Below are positions 22,425-33,345 of a stretch of 64,000 nucleotides of DNA, piece by piece. Position 1 is the first letter of the stretch. Every line of letters starts with the position of its first letter. Position numbers and translations under genes: made by a program. The notes beneath the pieces are model-generated. The model was given only the letters and a program-made list of their open reading frames with translations, was not told the DNA's origin and ran no database searches. This DNA is from Diplonema japonicum (taxonomy: Eukaryota > Protista > Euglenozoa: Diplonemea): positions 248,001 to 312,000 of the forward strand of contig OZ025679.1 in NCBI GenBank assembly GCA_964019335.1, given 5' to 3'.

Positions 22425-24959
22425 ATGAAGGTCAAGGGGAACGTTACACAAGACGAACGGGAGGGATACGTGAGGAAGGACGAATATCTTAAAAAAGGTG
22501 ATCCGGAGTGGGAAGACGAGGCACGGCTAGAGACGAGAAAAAAACCCCCACCCCCAGCAGTCGAGGGCGACGTCTTCGACAGGCAACGCGTCATAGTAGA
22601 ATGGGACCAAACGAATGTCGAGAAAAAAACCTGCTTAATTCTAGGAGCCGGTGGCGTTGGCCAGAACGTCGCGTTACTCCTCGGCAGAATCGGTGTGAAG
22701 GAGATAATAACCATCGACAACGACGAGTACGAGGCCACCAATATGAACCGCCAATGCTTGGGGGGCATCCAAGACATCGGAAAACCAAAGGTCAACGTCG
22801 TAAAAGACGCCTTAGAAAACTTCGCGGTGCGTACCACGGTAACCCCTTTACACATCGACGTGGTCAAGGAATGGCAACAAGTGGTGTCATCCGCAAAGAG
22901 AGCAGACGTAATTTTCAACGGAATAGACATCGGTCCATCTTTCGACACCGCAGTGGCATCTCTGTCTAAAAGCATCGCGATCCCATTGGTTCAAGGCCAA
23001 TCCTATGGATGGTCCTTCACCACTGAATATTACAACTCACAACCGGGGACCATCGGAGCGTGGGATGCTATTGTTGAAAAATCGCTTTTTGACAAGAAGA
23101 ATCCGTCAGACAGTATCGAAGAAACACTGGAAAAATGGGAGGTTGACAAAACCGCTCCGACTACAAAACACTGTCTCTTGAACACTACATCGTTCCCAGC
23201 GTCATACAAACAGGCTGCGCTGACGCTACTCTCCCCCGCTAACATCACAAGCTGCATAGATCTAGGATTTCTCCCCGTCCCTTCAAAAATACCTACTAGA
23301 TTCATCGGGTCTTGGTCTGTACCTTGCATGGGATCCGCCGTTTCCATGGTAGGGCAATGGATGGAATCGATAACAGGACAAGGCAATAGAATTCCTGACA
23401 CGATGGTTCAACACAATTTGTCAGCAGGATGTTCAGAGATCGAGGCGAACGGTTACCAGTTGTCGTCGCAAATTGAAATATTAGGGGAAGGTGTTTCACC
23501 GAAGGACGTGGCGGAAATGATGCTTCCCGTGAAACAAAAAAGTTCGGACCCGTCGACGCACCGTTACACCACGGAGCTTCTCAACGACGAAGCGGACAGC
23601 TATGAATCGATTTACTTCGGAACCGTCAAGACTTCGTTCAAAGAGGTTGCCGGATCGTTTCTCGAGACAACCGATATACAGTGCGAGCATGGCACGCATT
23701 TCAACGGTCTCAACAGCCTTCCGGAGAACGTCGTTGTACCCGTCATCCCGTGCTTCTTGTTCAAGGCGGTGAAAGATCCTTCCACAGAGCACAATGTACC
23801 AACACCTTTACAGATCCCACTGTTGAAAATCAAAGACGGTCCCATCCCCGGTATCACATCTGGAAAGCGTTCCGCTCTTATAAAAACAAACGGGAAGTGG
23901 CACCGCTTGAAAGGGTGCGGGAACGGCGACGAGGGTGCGTTCCCGTTGGAGATCCACGGGATTAAAGGGCAGAACACTCCGAGAGGGTGCGGGTTTGAAG
24001 ACTCCGTTCTGTGCGAAATGCATATGTGTCGTCGAATTAAAGAAGCCGGTGTACCGGTAGGCAACACCCCTGTCACAGCATGGCATTACGGTAAAAACGC
24101 GGTTCCCTGCAAAGGAAGCGAGAACATACCAAAATGGTGCGGAGTTTTCGAAACGGTAGGGGACCGCAGGGCGGGGGACCACCTGATATCGGGGATCCTC
24201 CGTTTGGCCACGTTGATGGTTCCGGAGTCGCAGATGAAAGCGCTTCGAAAAGAGGTTCAAAGAAAGCGCGAGAACAGCGACGCGGACGATTTATTGGAGA
24301 CAGACATGCTGACCGCGTGCGAGATGCAAATTGCCGACTTATCAGATGCCGTTTTGTACGAAGCACCCCCACCTGTTAAACCCGACTGCCCGCTGTGGAA
24401 CCAGATTGTTGAACGGTTGCATGTTTCATTATCTAAAGCGAAGGCCGAGGCCGACATCGGGTCTATTCTCCTTCATGTTGCCAAGCGTGTTGGGTGGGAG
24501 TGCAGCGATGTCATGTGCGCATTGGAAAAAGCTGGGATATCATGGGGGACCTACCGCGACTGCTTGGGAACACACTGTAACGCGCATATTAACAATATGG
24601 TCGTCGTTCGCAACGGTGGGGAACGCCTCCTCGCTGCTGTCGATTTCGATATGGCCTTTACCCGCGAAGCGTACGACACGTCAAAGGGCATGGGGATCCT
24701 TGAAGAGGTGATGCAGTTTGAACAGTTGAACGGCATGCGACAGGTGCTCTCTGGGTCTTCATTTTCGTCGACAGGCGTGCATTCCGATGCCTGCCACCTC
24801 TCTTCTGCTTATCTGCCGTTCAAAGCCGCGCTTTACGACACGATGGTCTTCACCTACGATGCCCGGCCCACACCCTCGCCTTACATCGCCTCCCTTCAGC
24901 CTGTGGTCGCCGACATTGTCACGCTGGCTTTGATCCTGACAAAGGACTTCGTTGCGTAA
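22425..24959 (+). CDS. ThiF/MoeB/E1-like adenylation domain fused to a C-terminal atypical kinase-fold (SelO/APH-like) domain
   Basis: N-terminal ILGAGGVG, IDND.YEATNMNRQ, IGKPKV, ADVIFNGID. C-terminal RLKGCG, SVLCEMH, HCNAHINN, AAVDFD. One uninterrupted ORF; ATG follows an A-run. Confidence 0.75.
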   Translation: MKVKGNVTQDEREGYVRKDEYLKKGDPEWEDEARLETRKKPPPPAVEGDVFDRQRVIVEWDQTNVEKKTCLILGAGGVGQNVALLLGRIGVKEIITIDNDEYEATNMNRQCLGGIQDIGKPKVNVVKDALENFAVRTTVTPLHIDVVKEWQQVVSSAKRADVIFNGIDIGPSFDTAVASLSKSIAIPLVQGQSYGWSFTTEYYNSQPGTIGAWDAIVEKSLFDKKNPSDSIEETLEKWEVDKTAPTTKHCLLNTTSFPASYKQAALTLLSPANITSCIDLGFLPVPSKIPTRFIGSWSVPCMGSAVSMVGQWMESITGQGNRIPDTMVQHNLSAGCSEIEANGYQLSSQIEILGEGVSPKDVAEMMLPVKQKSSDPSTHRYTTELLNDEADSYESIYFGTVKTSFKEVAGSFLETTDIQCEHGTHFNGLNSLPENVVVPVIPCFLFKAVKDPSTEHNVPTPLQIPLLKIKDGPIPGITSGKRSALIKTNGKWHRLKGCGNGDEGAFPLEIHGIKGQNTPRGCGFEDSVLCEMHMCRRIKEAGVPVGNTPVTAWHYGKNAVPCKGSENIPKWCGVFETVGDRRAGDHLISGILRLATLMVPESQMKALRKEVQRKRENSDADDLLETDMLTACEMQIADLSDAVLYEAPPPVKPDCPLWNQIVERLHVSLSKAKAEADIGSILLHVAKRVGWECSDVMCALEKAGISWGTYRDCLGTHCNAHINNMVVVRNGGERLLAAVDFDMAFTREAYDTSKGMGILEEVMQFEQLNGMRQVLSGSSFSSTGVHSDACHLSSAYLPFKAALYDTMVFTYDARPTPSPYIASLQPVVADIVTLALILTKDFVA

Positions 24960-24984
24960 AAAACGGGAGAAGTGTGAAATCTGA

Positions 24985-25032
<48 letters not shown>

Positions 25033-25088
25033 ATGTGTTTGTGCTGTATATTAGGGGGTTCTAGCATTTTTTTTTTTTTTTTTTTTTT

Positions 25089-25125
25089 GGCGGGCCGTTG
25101 CTAATTACTTCGTTCCTATAGTGAA
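25089..25125 (+). repeat. Micro-fragment of a LINE 3' end (48445 family) embedded in poly(T)
   Basis: GGCGGGCCGTTGCTAA.TACTTCGTTCCTATAGTGAA; also at 35456-35490 and 48666-48706. Confidence 0.75.
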
Positions 25126-25207
25126 TTTTTTTTTTCCCCTATTGTCTTCCCCCCCCCCCCCCTGCAAACCCCAAAAAAAAAGAGGGTGTGATCCTTCAAA
25201 AAAAAAA

Positions 25208-27017
25208 ATGAAACGCGAAGGGTTTGAAGGTCTCTGGAAGCGTCTACAAGAAAGAGAGGAAGAACGATCAGCATCGGGGAAGGAAGTGAAGAAGCTGGGG
25301 GAATGGCAAGACGACACGCAGGACGACGAGCCAATGGTGTCGGTAAGCTGCCTCAGAGAGGTCGTGGACAAGGCCGAGAAAACCCGAAAGGGAACGGGAA
25401 AGGCCGCGTCCCTACACGGCCAAGCGGTGGACATCCTCCAGTCCACCGCAGAGAAGTTCGAAAAAGCACGACCCGCAATACGAAAAACCTCAGACGTGAG
25501 CATGAGCATTACGAAAAACATCGACCTAGACCTACGGCAGGTTAACTCGAATTTAGAAGAAATCTCCTTTCATTTAAACGACATAGGAACCGGCCCCACC
25601 CCTGACTGTCAAGGTCAAGAGGAAGAAATACACGATATAATGGCTTCACTGTTCCCGAAGAAAGACTCAGCAAACCCTGTCAACGAGCAATCGAATACAA
25701 GAGACGAGATATACAACAGAAGGCCTACAACAGCACAGCCCGGTTACAGCAAGACAACTGCAGCCGCCATCGAGGCGAAGATCGTTCTCACGGTGAAGCT
25801 GAAGAACATGGAGGAGCAGCTCGCTGTTGTCAAATCAGAACGGCAGAAATACCAGGAGCAGCTAGTGACGACACGGGACTCCCTTCACGAATCCATCAAA
25901 AAAGTCCGAAGCCTCGAATCAGCAGCGGCCCTGAACCGAAAAGAACTGCAAGAAGCCAACGAGGTAATATCAAGCCTCCGCATGTGCGTCACAGAGACTG
26001 CAGTACAAGCGAACACAGCCAAGGCGGAACGCATCATCTTGCAGGGAAAGCTGCGAGTCTTGTCCGAACGCTTCTCGCGAGCCTACAATAAATATCTCAT
26101 GGCATCATCGGAAGCGGAAATTCTGTCTGAAAATCACCGCAGTTTAAACACCGAGCACAGCGTACTCCGAGAGGCCTTTTTGAATCTAACAACTGCCCAC
26201 GAGACCATAACCGTAAAACTAACCCAAACAACCGAAAAGCTTGAAACCGAAACCCTCGCCAAGGAAGAGTACAAATCAAAGCACGGTAAAATAAAACTTC
26301 GGTTCAACGATTTGACACAGTCCCGTGACGCGCTTCAAGACCAGCTCGCAATAACGGCGGAGAAGCTTCAGATATCAGAGGCAAAACGTGAACAGGAACT
26401 TTCCGCCAAAACTGCCGAATTGAACGAGGTAACAGCCGACCTGAAAAGAAATCAAAAGCTGAACCAGAACGGAGAAGGGTGTCTGCGTGCATTGACAGAA
26501 CACCTTGAAGAGGAAAAGTCGAAGCTTCGCGCCGCCGAAGAACAAACAAAAACTGCCAACGAAAAGCTAGACCACACCACGCAGGAAATCGTTTTTTTGA
26601 AGAGCACTGTTGCAAAGCTGACCTCAACCATACAGAAGCAAACAAACCGAAACACCGCACAGGCTTCCAGGGGGAAACTATTTCGCGGGCTTGCCTTGAA
26701 ATTCTGTATGGGTGTGTGGGCCCTGCGGCAGGTTGTCTCCGTAAGGGACACCTTGATCAACAATTTGTACGACGTCATCGAAAAAAACGAAAGTTTAAGC
26801 GAAGACAGAGATTGGATGGTGCACCGGTTCTCATACACGTTGGACGAGATCAACAAACAAAAGAAAATCACAGCGGCAGAGTGTAAAAAATCGGTGGTCT
26901 GCAGGCTCCTCCTGCAGAAGACAGAGGTGTACGCAATGTCTCTCCACGACCACAACACCCCTCTGTGCCTCATGGAGACCCGGCAGGAACCACCCGAGAA
27001 ACAAGATCCAAGCTTGG

Positions 27018-27048
<31 letters not shown>

Positions 27049-27733
27049 CGACAACACGAACACACCCTCCCCCTCTATTCAAAGCATGACCGAGACCTCT
27101 TCTTCACCCGAAGAACAAGAAACAGAACACGCCTACGTAGGTAACGATCACAAACTGGACACTGGTCTGTTCGACCGAATGGTTCAGGGACATCTGTCAA
27201 GGCGGGTGAACCGGGAGAGACACAATGATAAGGAGCAACAACCCGAACAGACGGTGAAGTGCAAGGTCGTCAGGAAGGTCCAGTTTAAAACAGATGGTCG
27301 GGTGAAGATTGAGTGCAACAGGGTACAGCTGTCCAGCACGCCTTCCCCGATGAGATTCTCGTTGGATGCTACCCCGTACAGCTATTTTTCCAAAAGGCAA
27401 GCTGCGGAGCAGGCGGGGTACATTGACGCTCCTGTGCAGAAGTACGTCTCACTGAACAATTGGTACTCCCCGTCCTTGACAAATACTGTCAAGCGCAGGG
27501 ACTTCCTCGGGGCCTCCCAGTCTAAACGGAACCGGTGCCGTCCCCAGACGGGCATCACACCTGTTACCTCTCCTCTTGAGCCTTACATATGGGAACATGA
27601 ACCGTTGTCCAACTTCCCGGTGACGCTGGACCCTGCCCCGTCGCATGCTAGAAGAGTCTTTGGGGTTGCACCGAAGAAACGTAAGTTCAAACCGAACGAG
27701 GGAGAAATCGTTGTAGACAGAATTTACACTTAA
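25208..27733 (+). CDS. Long coiled-coil hypothetical protein with a poly-Asn tract
   Basis: About 840 codons, extended E/K/L/Q/T heptads, (AAC)n near 27018-27047. Confidence 0.8.
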
Positions 27734-27811
27734 ATCTTTTTCTTTTTTTCTCAAAAAAGAATATTTGAATAAACTTCATCAGGAGGGGAGAGAGAGGGGG
27801 GGGGGGGGGGG

Positions 27812-28627
27812 ATGCTGTTTATTGGTAACGATGTAATGACCGACGACTTCTACTACTCAGTTCTAAACTACTCGTTGGTCACAATGGTGCTTCTCATGGC
27901 AGGGAGTCAGACCATGCCCGCTCCCTATGGAAAGTTCGCGGAGAAGGCGGGGCAATACGGGCCGGATTTAAACCCGCGGCTTGGGTGGTTTCTCATGGAG
28001 CTCCCGGCAACACTGTCCTTTGTGTATTTCTACTGGCAGGGAAGCAACAGGTGGGAACCGGTTCCTTTATTCTTCCACTCCGTCTGGTTGCTGCACTACG
28101 GGAATAGAGGGTTCTATTTCCCTTTTATGATACGGGCTGCGAAGGGTGCGAAGTCCACATTCAGCATAATGATAGTCCTTACGGGGTGGTTTGTTACCAC
28201 AACGCACGGGTACTTAAATGCTGTTTTTGTTAGTCAGGTTGGGAAGCATTTCACCCCCGATTGGTTTCGATCGCCGGTGTTTCTAAGCGGGATTTGTCTC
28301 TACTTCTTGGGATTCGTTTTGAATGTCTATCACGACGGGATCATTAGAAACCTGCGGCCCACAGAGGAGATTGAAAGGGGTGTTCGAAAATACCGTATTC
28401 CCTATGGGGGCCTCTTTACGTACGTCACTTGTCCTTCTTACTTTTCGGAGATTCTTTCGTTCTCCGGAATGGCGCTGGCTGGTTACAATCCAGGGGGTAT
28501 TTTTGTCCTTGGTGTGACTATCGGGAACCTACTGCCCCGGGCGATAGACAGTCACAACTGGTACTTGAAAAAATTTGGCCCCGAGTACCCTCGGGAGCGC
28601 AAGATTATCATTCCGTTCATTTACTGA
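27812..28627 (+). CDS. 3-oxo-5-alpha-steroid 4-dehydrogenase (SRD5A/DET2 family)
   Basis: APYGKF, GWFLMELP, HYGNR, NVYHD.IIRNLR, YRIPYGGLF.YVTCP.YF.EIL, NLLPRA..SH.WY..KF..YP..RK.IIPF. Confidence 0.93.
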   Translation: MLFIGNDVMTDDFYYSVLNYSLVTMVLLMAGSQTMPAPYGKFAEKAGQYGPDLNPRLGWFLMELPATLSFVYFYWQGSNRWEPVPLFFHSVWLLHYGNRGFYFPFMIRAAKGAKSTFSIMIVLTGWFVTTTHGYLNAVFVSQVGKHFTPDWFRSPVFLSGICLYFLGFVLNVYHDGIIRNLRPTEEIERGVRKYRIPYGGLFTYVTCPSYFSEILSFSGMALAGYNPGGIFVLGVTIGNLLPRAIDSHNWYLKKFGPEYPRERKIIIPFIY

Positions 28628-28720
28628 AATTTTTTTCATAATTTTTTTTACCATATTGGAGGGGATTTCTAAATAAGGGGTCCCGTCACTTTTTTTTTTT
28701 TTCCTCTCATTTCTTTTGGC

Positions 28721-28753
<33 letters not shown>

Positions 28754-29798
28754 GAAGACGAGTCGCCACAGCGAGCCATCCTCGGTAGTGGTGTTGTCGC
28801 TTTTGGTTACAAGGCGGCTAGAAGCGGGGATGGATAGAATTATTGATGGACAGAATTACGCCTGAAGCCGCTGTAGAAAGTAGCCCATATTATTTTTTTT
28901 TCTTCTTTTTTCTTTTTTTCGTCTTTGGACGCAGGTAGTAGATAAGAGGTTTTAACTCGTAATTGGGTTGTGGGCTAGCTCAAAACACCTACGGCCTATG
29001 TCTTAACGACAGAAACTTTCGTTATTGTAGTTCAAATGGGATAGCAGCTGTGCCCCCCCTCCCTCCCCCGTCCCCTACTTTTTTTCCTATTTTCTCTCTA
29101 CTCTGTTCCCCCTTTTTTTTGATTTTTCTGGTCGATCTTGGACTTGCTCTAAGGTGGTCCCAGAGAGAATCTTGGGCAAGTTTTTCGAAGAAATCTTTTC
29201 CCAGTTCAAAGTTCAATTAGCTGCAATCAACCCTTCCGAGGGAAATGAAAATGGTAGTCACCCCTCCAGCAATGTGCTCTGGGTGGTTTTATTTTGTAGT
29301 TATCAAAAAAAAAAAAAAAAAAAAAAAAAAATGTTGGCAGTGTTAAGCGTGACAACTAAGTTTGTGACCATTGCACACAATTTCTTCATTTTTTCCCTTT
29401 TTTTTTTGCTATCTCTATGGAAGACGCCCCTCCTCTCCCCCTGGGGGAAAAAAAAAAAAAAACCGAGTATGAAAAAAGAAAAAAGAAGAAAGAAAAAAAA
29501 GAAAAGATAAAACTCTTCGACCCCCTTATGTTGGCAGAGAAGCGGGAAACGTTGCCGTTTTCCTTGTTTTTTTCTTCTTATATTCAGGGAAACGTTTCCG
29601 TTTCCATATTTTTCAAAAAAAAAAAAAAAAAAAAAAAGAAAAAGCTTGGAAACACGTTTTTTTTTTTTCGTTGCCAAACATCGCCGCCCCGCCCCCCCCC
29701 CTCCTTTTTTTTTCATAACGTTTTCACAAAAAAAAAAAAAAAAAAAAAGAGAAGGAAAAAAAAAAAAAAAAAAAGAGGGGAAACAAAAAAAAAAAGTA

Positions 29799-31070
29799 AT
29801 GATGGACATAGGATACCTGGAGACGCTCCGCGAGGAAGTCTTGGAGGCGAAATTTGCGTGCGAGGCCGCATGCAAGAACCTGTCAGAGAAAAGCAGTCGG
29901 CTTGTGGATGAAGTGGAAAGGATAGTCAAAATGGAGAGAAGAACAGCCGCCCCCGTCATCGTCCCGGGGCTAAAGCTCGACGTTGTGAGCCCTGTAGACA
30001 GCGATTTCGGGCCGAGACACGAGTCGATGTCGGTTCTGTCGTTATCGCAAAATAACAAGACCTCATGCGACAAGGATGGCCTGTCGGCACAACGGCAGGA
30101 TTCTATATCATCCGCAAGTTCTTCCACGCAGCTGCGTTCCTGCCTTCGGTCACCCATAAGCGTGAGAAGAAAAAGCTCCTCTGAACTGATGCTGTCACCA
30201 AGACAAAGACGCTTGGACGTCTGCGAGGCGTTGCAAAAAAGCGCGAAAGTACCTTTTAAATACATGGGGACAGCCGGCCTTGTGACAGAAACAAAGGTGG
30301 TAAGCTGCGTGGTAATCCTTGATAACGATTTCATCTATCTTTATACATATGAAGGCGATCGGTTCATGAAGCAGAGAGTGTCAGAATTGATTTCAGTTTC
30401 GCACTGCCAAGAAGTGGATATAGTCCGAATGGAGTCGGAGAATGAAGTTTGGCTTCTTTACATCCACTTTGATTTGAAAAGCGCGAGCGGGTTGAGAATG
30501 CTCGACTGCTTGGAGGAGCTGTTAAACTGCGCAATTGAAAAATTCTCGCCTGAAATCAACGATTTTCTTCGCGAATACATGGACAATGATAAGGCCATGT
30601 ACCCTATAGGGAGCAAGCGAGCCAGTGTCAATGAAAATGCCAATGTGAGAAATGAATATTTTTCGACGGTCGACAGCGATAGCAGCCGAGAAAACATGGA
30701 TGAGCTTGATGAATCCGTCATCGATGAACAAAAGAAAACAGTTAAAGAATTCCGCGGCTTGTCTAGAGTCTCCACAGGAACCAGGTTTATTCAACTCCCA
30801 GAAAGGCGGAAGCTCACGAGGGTGAGCACAAACTCCAGAATGCCGAAACCTTCTTCACCCGTCAATTCTGACATTTCGCCGTCTCCTTCACCCGTTTCTT
30901 CGTTAAACCTGTGCCGTTCGGGATCAGATACCCCTTCCTCTTTGGGGCCTCCTTCACGTTCTCAGTCTATAACTTCTACACCAAGAGAGGCTGCCTGTAA
31001 AATCGCACCTCAGATCCGGGCTTATTTCCATGAGATGCGGGTGGTTAGATCGGCATCAGGTGCTGGGTGA
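29799..31070 (+). CDS. Hypothetical protein (N-terminal coiled coil, Ser-rich, central globular region)
   Basis: About 420 codons of complex sequence after an A-run-preceded ATG; no confident domain call. Confidence 0.7.
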   Translation: MMDIGYLETLREEVLEAKFACEAACKNLSEKSSRLVDEVERIVKMERRTAAPVIVPGLKLDVVSPVDSDFGPRHESMSVLSLSQNNKTSCDKDGLSAQRQDSISSASSSTQLRSCLRSPISVRRKSSSELMLSPRQRRLDVCEALQKSAKVPFKYMGTAGLVTETKVVSCVVILDNDFIYLYTYEGDRFMKQRVSELISVSHCQEVDIVRMESENEVWLLYIHFDLKSASGLRMLDCLEELLNCAIEKFSPEINDFLREYMDNDKAMYPIGSKRASVNENANVRNEYFSTVDSDSSRENMDELDESVIDEQKKTVKEFRGLSRVSTGTRFIQLPERRKLTRVSTNSRMPKPSSPVNSDISPSPSPVSSLNLCRSGSDTPSSLGPPSRSQSITSTPREAACKIAPQIRAYFHEMRVVRSASGAG

Positions 31071-31762
31071 AGAGAGAAGGGGAAAAGAAAAAAAAAAAAA
31101 AAAAAAAAAAAAAAAGTGGAGGAACTGGTTTTTTTTTATTTATTTATTTTCTTGGGGTTAAAATTATAAAAAGAAAATTTGAAAGAAAAAAAAAAAAAAA
31201 AAAAGAAAGTTAGTTAGTTTATATGATGCTGGCGGGGAAGTTTTTTTTTTTTCATTCTCATTTTTTTTTTCTTTTGACTTCCGTTAATTTTTTTTATCCC
31301 CTCCCTGTAGAAGGAGAGAGAGAAAAAAAAAAAGAAAGAAATTGAGAGAGAAGTGATTGATTCTATTTTAATTACATGTCTCAGAGGGAGGGGGGGATCC
31401 AAGACTTAGTTTCTATTAGTTCATACCCCCCCTTTTTTCCCTTTCTTTTTTACACAATACCTCATGCAACGCAGTGATCAAGAGATTGTCGAATTGCAAG
31501 GCCACCTGGGGCTCTGCTGAACCACAATAAAACACATATGCCTATTTCAAGAGTAGTTCGAAGCTGAAAGCGGCAAGAAACTACAGATAGGGAGGGGGGG
31601 TTCTATTTTTTTTTTTAAATGGTGATGGGGGTTACTTGGAGATATAATGGAATCAGCACGCCACACGCATTGGGGCGCGCGACGCCGCAGCTCTCTGTAA
31701 TCAAGTAGGCTGGCTTTCCTTTATCTCGTAATATATAAATTATCGATTTTTTTTTTTAAGCC

Positions 31763-32517
31763 TTTTATATAACTCCAGTCAGATTTTCAAGGGTGGGAGT
31801 GAATAAGGAAATAATATTTCACATTATTTCACGCTTCACTTTATTTTCATTGCAGATTTCAGGCTTGTTTTAGGAAGAAAACAGGGGCAGAAATGAAAAT
31901 TACTTTATGAGTGAATATAAAGTACTTTATATCACGCTTGCCCTATTTTCACTGCACAGCAAGGGGTCGGGGGCGCAAACACGGAAAAGGAATCACCTAA
32001 GTGGTTACCACACAGGCCTCTTGTTTTGGAAACCCCGGTTCGAATCTGGGAATCTCATTTTTTACGTCACTCAAGGATCTGGTCGCCTCTCTCAACAGAA
32101 GGGGAGAGAGGTGGGCTTGGCAAGCCAGCAGCGGTGACAGCTGCTAGTGGGGCAACCTCAGCAACCCAGGCAGCAGCCCCACAGGTCCAGACCGAGGTCC
32201 TGTCAGCACCCATGGACGCACAGCCCGCACCACACAGGATATGCCTTGACAATCAATATCAACCATAAGCACCCCCAATAAAATTTGTAACTTGTAACTT
32301 GTAACCTGTAATGCCCCACCCTTTCAAATCTGACTGACGTTAAATAAAACAACGGATTTAGTGAAAATAGATCCGATTTTCACTTGTGATGGCATGTTTA
32401 ACTCGTTGATGTTACTTCACTCGCTTCGCTCGTGAAGTCATATACCCACTCGTTAAACCACTGCCACCACGCGTGAAAATCATACGATCTTATTTTCACT
32501 AAATAAATAGTTATTTT
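31763..32517 (+). mobile_element. Non-coding hairpin/asymmetric-IR element, copy B
   Basis: 5' IR TTTTATATAACTCCAGTCAGATTTTCAAGGGTGG pairs with 32316-32349; ~145 nt hairpin 32357-32504 centred on CTTCAC-TC-GCTTCGC-TC-GTGAAG; ends TAAATAGTTATTTT, the reverse complement of the copy C terminus (one base different from copy A). Confidence 0.8.
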
Positions 32518-32526
32518 TGTATTCTG

Positions 32527-32566
<40 letters not shown>

Positions 32567-33082
32567 CAAATAACAATGGACCCACCCGTGCGAAACCAGG
32601 GGGAAGAAACTAAAGGGAGGAGGATATCGGGGTGCACGGCGGAGTGAACAAGGGACGGGAAAGGCTTTTTTTATTTACTTTCGTTCCTTCTCGTTCACTG
32701 GGAACCACGGAGAGGTAGGGGGGAAAAGAGATGAAAAGAAGTTCAAGAAAGTTGGGGGGGGGGAACTTGAGAGGAAGAGATGGAGGGGGGGAAAAGAATT
32801 TTTAAAAGAAAAAAAAAGTTTCCTTTTTCCTAAACACCCTCGGAATAGGTTCTTTTTTTTTGGGGGGGGTTCGAAGTTATCGTGAATAGAGGTAACAATT
32901 TTGGGAGCCAAAAAATAAAATAAAAATAAGAACCGCGGTTTTCCCGTGGAAAAAAGTTCCAAAAAGATATGGGGGGGAGGGGAAAAAAAAAGAATAAATC
33001 TCTCCTCTATAGGATTCCCTTTTTATGGGGCAGTAAAAATAGGCTTACCTCGATTGCTTTCTTTTTAAAATATTTTATATTT

Positions 33083-33320
33083 GGACAAAGGCGGTGATCG
33101 GATGGAACAGGAGGGCGATATTTGCATCACCGAAGACCAAGCATGACCTAAAGGCGTTGAAAGGACAATGGGCAAGAGAACGAAGAGAAATAGCGGCCAG
33201 GCTGGGGAGAAGGCCGGCAAGACCACCAAAGGAGGAGAAACCGCTGCTGAAAGGGGATAGGTGCAGGAAGAAGATGAGAACAAGGGGGCGTCTCACAAAG
33301 ACTTCCTTTAACTCATATAT
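33083..33320 (+). mobile_element. 5'-truncated LINE 3' end
   Basis: Encodes IGWNRRAIFASPKT (homologous to GYSSRPVFASPVT in the RT C-terminus); near-identical copy at 44909-45146. Confidence 0.8.
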
Positions 33321-33345
33321 TATATTTCTTTTTTTTTTTTTTTAA

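Noticed and set aside
31989-32056. Functional tRNA gene
   Set aside because: Acceptor and anticodon stems do not pair; kept only as a relic.
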